From Eledone cirrhosa (taxonomy: Eukaryota), in assembly GCA_964016885.1 (NCBI GenBank), contig OZ024764.1, forward strand, positions 15,190,001 to 15,254,000: a stretch of DNA of 64,000 nucleotides, read 5' to 3'. This document shows positions 1 to 12,676 of this stretch, piece by piece; within the stretch, counting starts at the first letter, position 1; every line of letters starts with the position of its first letter. The position numbers and the translations under genes are program-made. The notes beneath the pieces were generated by a model. It saw nothing but the letters and a program-made list of their open reading frames with translations, had not been told where the DNA came from and searched no databases.

Positions 1-21
1 TCAAATCTTAATACATTTAAT

Positions 22-68
22 TGCTGACAATTGTTTCTTCCAGACGAATGTCTGGAATCATCAGAGCA
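22..68 (-). ncRNA. Type I hammerhead ribozyme motif (minimal)
   Basis: Minus strand: tgct-CTGATGA-TTCCAGAC attc GTCTGGAA-GAAA-caattg-TC-agca. 4-bp stem I, perfect 8-bp stem II, palindromic stem III (ACAATTGT), GUC triplet. Confidence 0.85.
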
Positions 69-552
69 TATACAATGTTTAAACAAGTAATTAAAATCCT
101 AGTCTTCAGAACATTTATATAGATACATAACTATTGCCAGTGTTAGTGATATCATATTGGAAAGCAGGAGTTACAAAAGGATGTTGTTATACAGATATCA
201 CAGTATATGGAGCAATGGTGGAAAGTGAAATATTGAGGATATTATATATAAAGATATTGTTTAAGGTAATACATGTGCAAAAGATACAAGCAAAAAAGGT
301 GTAAGATAAGATAGATAAAAGATATCACAGCATTGAAAAGAAGGTAATATTAAGGGTTTATAATGCAGAATTTAATAAAGGCATGCATGAGGTAAGAGTT
401 ATAAAATGAATAAATCAATCAAATTTCATACAGAGTGTTAAAACATGTTAAAAGTGTTAGAAATGTTTAAAATGTTAAAAAGGGATAGCGCTTAGTACTA
501 CCCGCCATATTTATAATTATATATAAACCATTTATAAGTATAAATATTATTG

Positions 553-746
553 TGGATTGGCAGTATCGGTAGAGGGTTCGGATGCCATGCTTTGACGCAT
601 AGAGTTACGGCCCTTTCCATTCTGAGTTCAAATCCCGCCGAGGTTAACTTTGCCTTTCATCCTTTACGGGGTCGATAAAATAAAGTACCAGTAATGTACT
701 GGGTAATTGCTGGCCTTGTGTCAAAAGTAGAAACAATTATTATTAC

Positions 747-747
<1 letters not shown>
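553..747 (+). mobile_element. SINE with Nin-like central domain
   Basis: B-box-like GAGTTCAAATCC, then gaggttaactttgcctttcatcctttacggggtcgataaaataaagtacc and an (ATT)n tail. Related copies at 34268-34447(-), 26040-26158(-), about 52730-52870(-) and about 38585-38710(-). Confidence 0.75.
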
Positions 748-777
<30 letters not shown>

Positions 778-807
778 AGAACAAAAGATGGTTAAAGGAG
801 TTCCATG

Positions 808-878
808 TATTTTATTATGCGCATTTCAAAAACAAACATCATCATGCAATAATATTTGTGTTTTCATCAGATAAAACA
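808..878 (-). ncRNA. Type I hammerhead ribozyme motif
   Basis: Minus strand: tgttttat-CTGATGA-long AT-rich stem II-GAAA-tgcgca-TA-ataaaata; palindromic stem III ATGCGCAT. Confidence 0.8.
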
Positions 879-1129
879 GGAGGACATGATATGAAGGGTA
901 AAAAACACTTGTGGATAGTGCAGTTTTAAATCAACATATATATAATAATAATATATATAATAATAATATATATAATAATAATATATATAATAATAATAAA
1001 ATACATGGAACTCCTTTAACCATCTTTTGTTCTTATATATTATATATACTCCAGTCCTACAAACTGTAGAGTGCTTCTTATCCGATATCTGCATTGCTTT
1101 ATTGTACTACAATAAAACTCACCTCCTAC

Positions 1130-1174
<45 letters not shown>

Positions 1175-1624
1175 AAATGAAAATCCGAAGGCAAGGTAAA
1201 ATTCCAATCATTTAATCACGACACACGTTTCAATAAGAGATAGATCGATTGTGAAGCCATGATTGATTATCACTGATCTCATCATATGAGGGAATGAATT
1301 CTGTGAGAGAATATCGTTATTTTTCTCCCTCATATCAAGAATTTGAAGACAATTCATTTTCACCTGATGAGATCAGTGATAATCAATCATGGCTTCACAA
1401 TCGATCTATCTCTTATTGAGACATGTGATTGGAATTTCACCTTGCCTTCGGATTTTCATTTTGATACTTATACTCCGTTTTACATCATCTAGCTGTTCCC
1501 TTGAATGGAATTGGAGATATACAAAAGCGTGGAGGACTTAATATTGCTAACATAAATTTATTGGACCATTTTACACAACCAATATTGCACCTTACTATAT
1601 AACTATATATATATATATATATAT

Positions 1625-1959
1625 GGAGGCACATGGCTTAGTTGTTAGAGCATTGGCCTTGCAATCGAAAGGTTGTGAGTTCAATTCTCAGACCGGGTGA
1701 TGTGTTGTTTCCTTGAGCAAGACACTTTATTTCACATTGCTCCAGTTTAGTCAGCTGTAGAAATGAGATGATAGGGACTGGGGTCCCTATCATTCCACTG
1801 CAAAGTGGTCGTGGAGGTGCCACGGCAAAAAAGCACCCAGCACTCACTGTAAATGAGGTTGGTGTTAGGAAGGGCATCCAGCTGTAGAAATCAAGCCAGA
1901 ACCAGTTCCTGTCCCACCCTTGCAAGCAGGGAGAGGCAGACGTAAAATGAAATGATGAT
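1625..1959 (+). mobile_element. tRNA-derived SINE with RTE-LINE 3' tail
   Basis: A box TGGCTTAGTTGTT, B box GAGTTCAATTC, central ccttgagcaagacacttt, (TGA)n tail; near-identical copies elsewhere in the window. Confidence 0.9.
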
Positions 1960-2169
1960 ATTATATGTATTATCACATAATGAAGATATTACTAAATATT
2001 ATGTAATGCATGGCTACCAGTTGGTTTTATACTGGGTGCAGACAAATTTATTGGAGGATAATATAGCTTTACACCTGCTCAGCAAAACCTTCAGTTCTTA
2101 ATGTTTATAAATGGTTAATAGGTAAATTATGATCGAACCCTCTCTCCACCTCCCCAAACCTCCCTAAAG

Positions 2170-2380
2170 AAACAAAACATGAGTTAATGAGGTTACCTAG
2201 GTAGCAGAAGCTATCAACTACTTCTGACCAACTTTTTAATTGTTTGAGAGCAATTAGCTTCATGTGTACTCTTACAGGTAACTATATCTACTAACCCCTG
2301 CCTAATTGTTCCTCACCTGCAACAGATGTTGTCTACCTTCTCAATTAAATTACCTGGAATCCCATTGTATCACCATCATC
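2170..2380 (-). mobile_element. Decayed RTE-clade LINE fragment
   Basis: Minus-strand translation contains EVVDSFCYLGNLI, the post-RT motif of RTE ORF2, with in-frame stops nearby. Confidence 0.55.
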
Positions 2381-2490
2381 ATCATCATCATCATCATCAT
2401 TACTACTGCCATCATGTCAGCTTTTCCACACTTACATGTGTGTGTATGTATATATATGTATGTATATATATATATATATATATACATATA

Positions 2491-2652
<162 letters not shown>

Positions 2653-2681
2653 TGTATGTGTATATATATGTATATATATAT

Positions 2682-2791
<110 letters not shown>

Positions 2792-2803
2792 GTATATATA
2801 AAT

Positions 2804-3149
2804 GGAGGCACATGGCTTAGTGGTTAGAGCATTGGCCTTGCAATCGAAAGGTTGTGAGTTCAATTCTCAGACCGGGTGATGTGTTGTTTCCTTGAGCAAG
2901 ACACTTTATTTCACATTGCTCCAGTTTACTCAGTTGTAGAAATGTGATGATAGGACTGGGGTCCCTATCATTCCACTGCAAAGTGGTCGTGGAGGTGTCA
3001 TGGCAAAAAAAGTACCCAGCCCTCACTGTAAATGAGGTTGGTGTTAGGAAGGGCATCCAGCTGTAGAAATCAAGCCAGAATCAGTTCCCGTCCCACCCTT
3101 GCAAGCAGGGAAAAGCAGACGTAAAATGAAATGATGATGATGATGATGA
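2804..3149 (+). mobile_element. tRNA-derived SINE (same family as 1625-1959)
   Basis: Near-identical full-length copy flanked by (TA)n. Confidence 0.9.
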
Positions 3150-3227
3150 TATATATATACATACATATATCACTATATATCTAATAATGATTACATATTT
3201 TACAATTGTACTATATATATATATATA

Positions 3228-3496
3228 TCATCATCATCATCATCATCGTCGTTTAACGTCCGTGTTCCACGCTTGCATGGGTTTGGACGGGAGTTTTCCC
3301 ACTTGAGGCAAGAGTGGTTGTCTTGCTCGCATAGGACTGTCTGGCGGGTTTTCTACAGCTGGATGCCCTTCCTAACACCAACCACATTTACAGTGTGGGG
3401 CTGGGAGGTTTTTACCGTGTTGCCTACACGGCCACATTACAGCGTGAACTGTCTGGCGGGTTTTCTACAGCTGGATGCCCTTCCTAACACCAACCA
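3228..3496 (-). mobile_element. 5'-truncated retroposon with RTE-type tail (second tail family)
   Basis: Shares ggttggtgttaggaagggcatcc...cccatgcaagcgtggaacacggacg-(TGA)n with 7085-7321, 23838-24000, 29430-29886 and 54068-54253. Confidence 0.8.
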
Positions 3497-3531
3497 TATA
3501 TATATATATATATACATACATGTCTGTATAT

Positions 3532-3579
<48 letters not shown>

Positions 3580-3667
3580 GTGTATATATATACACAGACA
3601 GACAGATTAACTCATAATTAATAGTTATGTTATTAATACTACATATGTCCTGTGTATAACTGTTTAG

Positions 3668-5105
3668 TACAACAACAGCAACAACAGCAACAACAGCAAC
3701 AACAATAACAGTTTAGTACAGGTTACATTGAACATACCACCTCCACCATCACCATCATCACTACCACCACCATCATTAACAACAATACCACCAACATCAC
3801 CACCAACACCACCATCATCACTACCACCAACGCCAACACTACCACCATCATTAACAACAATACCACCAACATCACCACCACCACCACCACCACCATCATC
3901 ACTACCACCAACGCCAACACCACCACCATCATTAACAACAATACCACCAATAACACCATCACCACTACCACCAACACCACCACCACCATCATCACTACCA
4001 CCAACACCACCACCAACACCACCACCAACACCATCATCAACAACAATACCACCACCACCACCATCAACACCACCACCACCATCACCACCATAAACAACAC
4101 CACCACCACCACCATCACCACCAACACCACCACCACCACCACCATAAACAACACCACCACCACCACACCACCAACACCACCACCACCACCACCACCAACA
4201 ACAACAACACCACCACCACCACCACCACCACCAACAACAACAATACCACCACCACCACCACACCACCAACAACAACAACACCACCACCACCACCACCACC
4301 AACAACAACAACACCACTAACAGCTGTAACTAGTACAACAGCAGTTACAACAACTACTACAAGGGTTTGGTACAGGTTACATCGACAACAACAACAACAA
4401 CAACAACAGTAACAACAACAACAACAACAACAGTAACAACAGTAACAACAACAACAACAGTAACAACAACAACAACAAGTGCTTCATTCCAAAAATCTTA
4501 CATGAGGTATTCCACAAATAGGTGAGTTATTGAGAAGTTAGATGTACTGGAGTGTAGTGGTGGTGGTGGTGTGGTGGTGGTGGTGTAGTGGTGGTGGTGG
4601 TGGTGGTGTAGTGGTGGTGGTGGTGGTGTAGTGGTGGTGGTGTAGTGGTGTAGTGGTGGTGGTGGTGTAGTGGTGTAGTGGTGTGGTGGTGGTGGTGGTG
4701 GTGATGTCTGTGATGGTAAGTGGTTTATAAAGGTATGTTGTTGGCAGTGGTGGTGCTGGTGGCAGTATTGATGGTGGTGGTGGTGGTAGATGTGGTAGTG
4801 CTGGTGGCAGTATTGATGGTGGTGGTGGTGCTGGTGGCAGTATTGATGGTGGTGGTGGTGCTGGTGGCAGTATTGATGGTGGTGGTGGTGCTGGTGGCAG
4901 TATTGATGGTGGTGGTGGTGGTAGATGTGGTAGTGCTGGTGGCAGTATTGATGGTGGTGGTGGTGCTGGTGGCAGTATTGATGGTGGTGGTGGTGGTAGA
5001 TGTGGTAGTGCTGGTGGCAGTATTGATGGTGGTGGTGGTGCTGGTGGCAGTATTGATGGTGGTGGTGGTAGATATGGTGGCAGTATTGATGGTGGTGGTG
5101 GTGGT
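3668..5105. repeat. Compound (ACC/AAC)n and (GGT)n trinucleotide repeats, including a ~30-bp unit at 4745-5105
   Basis: Seen directly; the strand polarity of the repeat flips around 4480-4550. Confidence 0.9.
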
Positions 5106-5234
5106 AAGTGGTTTGCTAGTGATGGTATGTGTGTTATTAGAAAACTATTTCTGTGGTTTGTGATGTTATTGATAGACAGACAGACTCTTAGATTAAACAT
5201 TATATACACAGATACATACATACATATATATATA

Positions 5235-6522
5235 TCATCATTATACGTCCACTGTTCCCTGCTTGCAAGGGTGTGACGGGTCCTATTCAGCACAGCATCT
5301 CTCCACTTGTCACGGTCCTCCGTCATCTCCACCGTGAGCTTCGGTGATCTGAGGTCAGCTCTCACCACCTCCGCCCATGTTTTTTGTGGTCTTCCTCTAC
5401 CACGTCTTCCTTCTACTGGGATTTCTTGGAACTTCTTTACCCAGCAGTCATCCTCCATCTCAGTCTTCTCTCCCACACACCACAACTTATCCCTCTTATA
5501 CACAGTTTCTCTCTCAACACATCACATGTCCATACCATCTCAGTCTTCTCTCCCACACACCACAACTTATCCCTCTTATACACAGTTTCTCTCTCAACAC
5601 ATCACATGTCCATACCATCTCAGTCTTCTCTCCCACACACCACAGCTTATCCCTCTTATACACAGTTTCTCTCTCAACACATCACATGTCCATACCATCT
5701 CAGTCTTCTCTCCCACACACCCCAACTTATCCCTCTTATACCCAGTTTCTCTCTCAACACATCACATGTCCATACCATCTCAGTCTTCTCTCCCACACAC
5801 CACAACTTATCCCTCTTATACACAGTTTCTCTCTCAACACATCACATGTCCATACCATCTCAGTCTTCTCTCCCACACACTACAACTTATCCCTCTTATA
5901 CACAGTTTCTCTCTCAACACATCACATGTCCATACCATCTCAGTCTTCTCTCCCACACACCACAACTTATCCCTCTTATACCCAGTTTCTCTCTCAACAC
6001 ATCACATGTCCATACCATCTCAGTCTTCTCTCCCACACACCACAACTTATCCCTCTTATACACAGTTCCTCTCTCAACACATCACATGTCCATACCATCT
6101 CAGTCTTCTCTCCCACACACCACAACTTATCCCTCTTATACACAGTTTCTCTCTCAACACATCACATGTCCAAACCATCTCAGTCTTCTCTCCCACACAC
6201 CACAACTTATCCCTCTTATACACAGTTTCTCTCTCAACACATCACATGTCCATACCATCTCAGTCTTCTCTCCCACACACCACAACTTATCCCTCTTATA
6301 CACAGTTCCTCTCTCAACACATCACATGTCCATACCATCTCAGTCTTCTCTCCCACACACCACAACTTATCCCTCTTATACACAGTTTCTCTCTCAACAC
6401 ATCACATGTCCATACCATCTCAGTCTTCTCTCCCACACACCACAACTTATCCCTCTTATACATAGTTCCTTTCTCAACTCGTCTATGCTTGGACCTTCAC
6501 GTACATTGACATTGCACATCCA
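5235..6522 (-). mobile_element. RTE-clade LINE 3' end with internal 80-bp tandem array
   Basis: Encodes EDDCWVKKFQEIPVEGRRGRGRPQKTWAEVVRADL...DRDKWR and [25 protein letters not shown] (RTE ORF2 C-terminus). Confidence 0.9.
5452..6478. repeat. 80-bp minisatellite, about 13 copies
   Basis: Unit atcacatgtccataccatctcagtcttctctcccacacaccacaacttatccctcttatacacagtttctctctcaacac, exact 80-bp period. Confidence 0.97.
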
Positions 6523-6812
6523 ATAGGAAAAGAGGCAGGACTCCGACGGCTGAGCTCCAGCCGTTTCGGGGTCCTGACTATTTTCCTATCACCCACTCTA
6601 CTACCCTAAGTATTGAGTACTCTGGTGCGTTATGGTCCACCTGGTTCCTTACCACACTTCCTTTGTTATATATATATATATATATAGGTATTGAAATTTC
6701 CGTTGAAAACAGAAAAGGTCATAGAAGTGAAGAGTGCTCTATGTAAGTACCAGAGCAAAATTTAATGTATAAAAATCAATACAATTTAATGTATAAAAAT
6801 CAATACAATATA

Positions 6813-6890
6813 ATTACCTCATTACCAGAGGTTTCCCGAATGAGGTGAATACGAAAGAAACGTCTTCATTCGTTCGTCAGACGAGGCAAT
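6813..6890 (-). ncRNA. Type I hammerhead ribozyme motif
   Basis: Minus strand: attgcctcgt-CTGACGA-a cgaatga...tcattcg g-GAAA-cc tct gg-TA-atgaggtaat. 10-bp stem I (two G-U), stem III ACC/GGU, GUA triplet. Confidence 0.8.
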
Positions 6891-7084
6891 ATAAAACATG
6901 GCTAAATACTTGGAAAGTCTCATCAAGAAAAGTAAAAAAATTATATAAATATAGACAAATGAATTACAATAGCCATATGAAATATATAAAATCTTTCAAG
7001 AAATATAGTTAGGTGTGTGTATATGTATGTATATACGCTCACAGATGTACATATATGTGTATGTACAAATGTATACATACACGA

Positions 7085-7321
7085 CAAAAAAACACACAGT
7101 CCACGCTGTAATGTGACCGTGTAGGCAACACGGTAGAAACCTCCCAGACCCACACTGTAAATGTGGTTGGTGTTAGGAAGGGCATCCAACTGTAGAAAAC
7201 CTGCCATACAGTCCTATGCGAGCAAGACAATCACTCTTGCCTGAAGTGGGACTACCCCCGTCCAAACCCATGCAAGCGTGGAACACGGACGTTAAACGTT
7301 GATGATGATGATGATGATGAT
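7085..7321 (+). mobile_element. Retroposon 3' part with RTE-type tail
   Basis: Near-identical to 29655-29886. Confidence 0.8.
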
Positions 7322-7441
7322 AGTGAAAAAGTGTGCGTAAATATATGTGTTAGGTCAAGTGTATCTGTGTATCTGTCAACTACAGACAGACATGGTGTGG
7401 TTTTCTGTTTGGCAGGTACACAGAAATAGGGTAATAGATAC

Positions 7442-7493
<52 letters not shown>

Positions 7494-7595
7494 CATCATC
7501 ATCATCATCGTTTAACGTCCATCTTCTACGCTAGCATGGGTTAGACGGCAATTGTCCCACTTGAGGCAAGATTGATTGGGCGACCGTGTCTCGCT

Positions 7596-7636
<41 letters not shown>

Positions 7637-7808
7637 CGAAGGAGTTGTGGTAAGGAACCAGGTGGACCATAACGCACCAGAGTACTCAATACTTGGAACT
7701 GATTTTGGTTTGATTTCTACAGCTGGATGCCCTTCCTAACACCAACCTCATCTATATATATATATACAATATATTAATAAATGGAAACTATATTTATAAA
7801 ACCATAAT

Positions 7809-7874
7809 TATTTTATTATATATATTTCAAGGGCCACCAAGGCAAATTATGGTGCGCTTTCATCAGATAAAATA
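7809..7874 (-). ncRNA. Type I hammerhead ribozyme motif
   Basis: Minus strand: tattttat-CTGATGA-aagcgcacca...tggtggccctt-GAAA-tatata-TA-ataaaata; same element family as 23479 and 36412. Confidence 0.8.
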
Positions 7875-7947
7875 CAGATTTGTTTTATAAATAAATATTC
7901 ACATACCCGGAATAAATATAATCACTGCATATATATATATATATACA

Positions 7948-7979
<32 letters not shown>

Positions 7980-8371
7980 CATATATACAGATATGTTTTA
8001 ATGAGTGTTAGATATGAGGTAGATTTGGCTGCTTTTTCTAGCAATATGAGACTACACAGAGAGGACCATCACCTTCCCTGTGTCAGCTCATAGCTGCTAT
8101 TTCTAGCAGGCCAGGAGGCTAGAAAGAGCAGACCATCACCTTCCCTGTGTCAGCCCATAGCTATGAGCTGTGATGTCACTAACTGACAGGTATGTCATCA
8201 CTGATTCATCTTCAGTCTGCTGTGTGAAATTGCAGGTTTGTTTTCTTCTAACAAATGTATTGGATTACATAACGTAATGTCTTAACTGCTGCTTCATTGA
8301 GCTGGCTAAACTCTGTTTTACAGACTGACTGGCAGACTGGCAGACTGGCAGATAGATAAGTAAATAGATAT

Positions 8372-9140
8372 GTTTCTTTTATTTGCCACCAGGGCATCAA
8401 AAGTGGGACAAGTACAAAGGGGGGAGTTTACAAAACAAGGCGTCCTCAATAGGGAGGAGGCAATAACAATATATAAAAATAAAATAAAATATAACAAAAA
8501 ATAGAATTATAACAAAATCCTCAATAGAGGATTTTGTTATAAAATATAACAAAAAATAAAATTTATAACAAAATCCTCAATAGAGAGGAGGCGCCTTGGG
8601 GGGGTCGCACACACCCCCGAAAAAAGTGTGCAACCCTTTTCCTCAGGAGCACAGAGAGGGGGTGCTCCCTCGTTCCTTCCTCTTTTCCACCTACAGGCTT
8701 ATGTAAAGAGAAGGCCCATTCACACGGGCCATTCTCGCCACTTTCAAGTAAATAGATAGATAGATATATTGGCAAATTGGTTGATAGATATCCAGGCTAA
8801 TAAATAGGTAGATAGATTTGTTTCTTTTTATTTGCCACCAGGGCATCAAAAAGTGGGACAAGTACAATGGGGGGGAGTTTACACAAAAAAGGCGAGTAAA
8901 GAAAACAAATAACAAATATAAAATTAACAATAAAGTCCTCAATAGGGAGGGGGCGTTTGGGGGGGGGGGGGTCGCACGCACCCCCGAAAAAAGTGTGCAA
9001 CCCCTTCTCCTCAGGAGCACAGAGAGAGGGTGCTCCCTCGTTCCTTCGTCTTTTCCACCTACAGGCTGATGTAAAGAGAAGGCCCATTCACACGGGCCAT
9101 TCTCGCCACTTTCACCCACCTTTCCTAAAAACGACTGTCT
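8372..9140 (-). mobile_element. Two tandem 3' ends of an L1/Tx1-like LINE (8372-8746, 8820-9140)
   Basis: Two direct copies of about 320-370 bp ending in aataaaagaaac on the minus strand, each abutting (TAGA)n-like repeats; ORF end KVARMARVNGPSL; diverged relative at 58117-58350. Clade call is inference. Confidence 0.55.
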
Positions 9141-9216
9141 AGGTAGATATATTGACAGATAGATAGATAGATAGGTGTACAGACAATAAGATGGATATCT
9201 AGATATCTAGACAATC

Positions 9217-10500
9217 CTGTTGGTGTTTGGAACATAACTTAACAAAGGTTCTTACATAAAATTATGATGGAAGGTTTTTAAATAAATATAAACACTTTAA
9301 CCCTTTTGTTACCATATTTCTAATGAAAGACACTGTTGGTGTTTGGAACATAACTTAACAAAGGTTCTTACATAATATTATGATGGAAGGTTTTTAGATA
9401 AATATAAACACTTTAACCCTTTCATTACCATATTTCTAATGAAAGACACTGTTGGTGTTTGGAACATAACTTAACAAAGGTTCTTACATAAAATTATGAT
9501 GGAAGGTTTTTAGATAAATATAAACACTTTAACCCTTTCATTACCATATTTCTAATGAAAGACACTGTTGGTGTTTGGAACATAACTTAACAAAGGTTCT
9601 TACATAAAATTATGATGGAAGGTTTTTAGATAAATATAAACACTTTAACCCTTTCGTTACCATATTTCTAATGAAAGACACTGTTGGTGTTTGGAACATA
9701 ACTTAACAAAGGTTCTTACATAAAATTATGATGGAAGGTTTTTAGATAAATATAAACACTTTAACCCTTTTGTTACCATATTTCTAATGAAAGACACTGT
9801 TGGTGTTTGGAACATAACTTAACAAAGGTTCTTACATAAAATTATGATGGAAGGTTTTTAGATAAATATAAACACTTTAACCCTTTCGTTACCATATTTC
9901 TAATGAAAGACACTGTTGGTGTTTGGAACATAACTTAACAAAGGTTCTTACATAAAATTATGATGGAAGGTTTTTAGATAAATATAAACACTTTAACCCT
10001 TTCGTTACCATATTTCTAATGAAAGACACTGTTGGTGTTTGGAACATAACTTAACAAAGGTTCTTACATAATATTATGATGGAAGGTTTTTAGATAAATA
10101 TAAACACTTTAACCCTTTCATTACCATATTTCTAATGAAAGACACTGTTGGTGTTTGGAACATAACTTAACAAAGGTTCTTACATAAAATTATGATGGAA
10201 GGTTTTTAGATAAATATAAACACTTTAACCCTTTCATTACCATATTTCTAATGAAAGACACTGTTGGTGTTTGGAACATAACTTAACAAAGGTTCTTACA
10301 TAAAATTATGATGGAAGGTTTTTAGATAAATATAACACTTTAACCCTTTCGTTACCATATTTCTACTGAAAGACACTGTTGGTGTTTGGAACATAACTTA
10401 ACAAAGGTTCTTACATAAAATTATGATGGAAGGTTTTTAGATAAATATAACACTTTAACCCTTTCGTTACCATATTTCTACTGAAAGACACTGTTGGTGT
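9217..10500. repeat. 116-bp minisatellite, 11 copies
   Basis: ctgttggtgtttggaacat recurs at 9217, 9333, 9449 ... 10261, 10376; the unit contains TTAACCCTTT(T/C)(G/A)TTACCATATTTCTAATGAAAGACAC. Confidence 0.97.
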
Positions 10501-10852
10501 TATTGCTACTGTAGTTGCTGTTGTTGGTGGTATTGTTGTTGTTGTATATCTTTGATCGTTGTTTACACAAAACCTGTAAAACTATCAAAATATCTTTTTG
10601 GCAAATGTCTTTCTCTTCAGTCTTTTTCTCTCTCTACAGGTGTGTACAGGTGTGTATGTACAGGTGTGTGGGTGTGTTTGTATATATGTGTGTGTGTGCA
10701 GGTATGTGTACTTGTGTGTGGGTGTGTGTGTGTGTGCAGGTATGTGTACTTGTGCGTACTTGTATGAAAGTGTGTGTTCTTCTGTTTAAAATGTCTCCTG
10801 AGTCTCTTTCAGCCAAAAATCTCAACAACATCACCACTATATATATATATAT

Positions 10853-10901
<49 letters not shown>

Positions 10902-10929
10902 TATATACATATATATGTATGTATGTATG

Positions 10930-10961
<32 letters not shown>

Positions 10962-11026
10962 TACATATATATGTATATATAGATACACACACATACATAT
11001 ATATATACACACACATACTTACATAT

Positions 11027-11099
<73 letters not shown>

Positions 11100-11159
11100 T
11101 ACATATATATCTAGATATAGACACACACACAGACATATATGTGTGTGTGTGTGTGTGTT

Positions 11160-11310
11160 AGTGAGGCATGGGCAGTGAATGCAGAGGAGATGTGAAGGTT
11201 AGAGAAAAATGAAGCAAGCATGCTTCATTGACTGTGTAATGTTAATATACGTGACCGATAGAGCATGGCTGAACAGAGAGAAGACCTGGATATAAGGGGA
11301 AGCAGATGTA
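11160..11310 (+). mobile_element. Old RTE LINE fragment, continuing at 12530-12680 after a nested insertion
   Basis: Translates EAWAVNAEEM*RLEKNEASML...REDLDIRGSRC and resumes ...ERRLSWY after 12530. Confidence 0.7.
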
Positions 11311-11314
11311 TATA

Positions 11315-12531
11315 TAATAATAATAATAATGAAATATCGTGTACAGTGCTCAGGTGCACTACAGCTCATCAAAAAGTGTATGTATAGTACATAGGGTAAT
11401 GTATAAACGTCAGGAAAATGAAGTCATGATATACACATGTGTGCATGTGTATGGAAGGGGTACATCAGGTGTAGTTTTGGCGAATTTTGGGAAGCATGAG
11501 GGTTTTAAAGGATGCAGTGTCTCGACAGGTAACGACTGATGCAGGTAGTTTGTTCCATGGAGGTTTTAAAGGATGCAGTGTCTCGACAGCTAACAACTGA
11601 TGCAGGTAGTTTGTTCCATGGAGGTTTTAAAGGATGCAGTGTCTTGACAGATAACAACTGAGGCAGGGAGTTTGTTCCATGGAGGTTTTAAAGGATGCAG
11701 TGTCTCAACAGCTAACAACTGATGCAGGGAGTTTGTTCCATGGAGGTTTTAAAGGATGCAGTGTCTCGACAGATAACAACTGATGCAGGGAGTTTGTTCC
11801 ATGGAGGTTTTAAAGGATGCAGTGTCTCGACAGCTAACAACTGATGCAGGGAGTTTGTTCCATGGAGGTTTTAAAGGATGCAGTGTCTCGACAGCTAACA
11901 ACTGATGCTGGTAGTTTGTTCCATGGAGGCTTTAAAGGATGCAGTGTCTCGACAGCTAACAACTGATGCAGGTAATTTGTTCCATGGAGGTTTTAAAGGA
12001 TGCAGTGTCTCAACAGCTAACAACTGATGCAGGTAGTTTGTTCCATGGAGGTTTTAAAGGATGCAGTGTCTCAACAGCTAACAACTGATGCAGGTAGTTT
12101 GTTCCATGGAGGTTTTAAAGGATGCAGTGTCTCAACAGCTAACAACTGATGCAGGTAGTTTGTTCCATGGAGGTTTTAAAGGATGCAGTGTCTCAACAGC
12201 TAACAACTGATGCAGGTAGTTTGTTCCATGGAGGTTTTAAAGGATGCAGTGTCTCAACAGCTAACAACTGATGCAGGTAGTTTGTTCCATGGAGGTTTTA
12301 AAGGATGCAGTGTCTCAACAGCTAACAACTGATGCAGGTAGTTTGTTCCATGGAGGTTTTAAAGGATGCAGTGTCTCAACAGCTAACAACTGATGCAGGT
12401 AGTTTGTTCCATGGAGGTTTTAAAGGATGCAGTGTCTCAACAGCTAACAACTGATGCAGGTAGTTTGTTCCATGGAGGTTTTAAAGGAAGCAGTGTCTCG
12501 ACAGCTAACAACTGCAGGGAGTTTGTTCCAT
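11315..12531 (-). mobile_element. CR1/L2-group LINE 3' end with 61-bp tandem array (about 17 copies, 11498-12531)
   Basis: (TAA)n tail and 3' UTR shared with 26160 and 37380; unit ggaggttttaaaggatgcagtgtctcgacagctaacaactgatgcaggtagtttgttccat. Confidence 0.9.
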
Positions 12532-12676
12532 GTAGTGGGTAAGAGAGAAGACTAAGCTGGTATAGATGATGATTGTTGGGTGAAGAAGTACTAGATGTTC
12601 CCAGTGGAAGGAAGCTACAGTTGAGAAAGACCTGGGTGTAAGAGGAATTAGATGTAGTGTGTAAGAGAAAAGACTG

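Noticed and set aside
44-86. Plus-strand exon after ttgtttcttccag
   Set aside because: Better explained by the minus-strand hammerhead; no partner exons identified.
1625-1700. tRNA gene
   Set aside because: A and B boxes are present but run into a SINE body and tail repeated many times; SINE head, not a tRNA.
2317-2353. Minus-strand mini-exon with a strong GCAG|gtgagg donor
   Set aside because: Lies in a decayed RTE fragment next to the EVVDSFCYLG motif.
5307-6526. 360-400 aa ORFs, and similar ones at 56047-57384
   Set aside because: Antisense readings of the 80-bp LINE-derived tandem repeat.
8209-8215. Isolated CTGANGA boxes (also 103, 10614, 32047, 38693, 48286, 49143)
   Set aside because: No correctly spaced stem II, GAAA and UH with a closing stem I.
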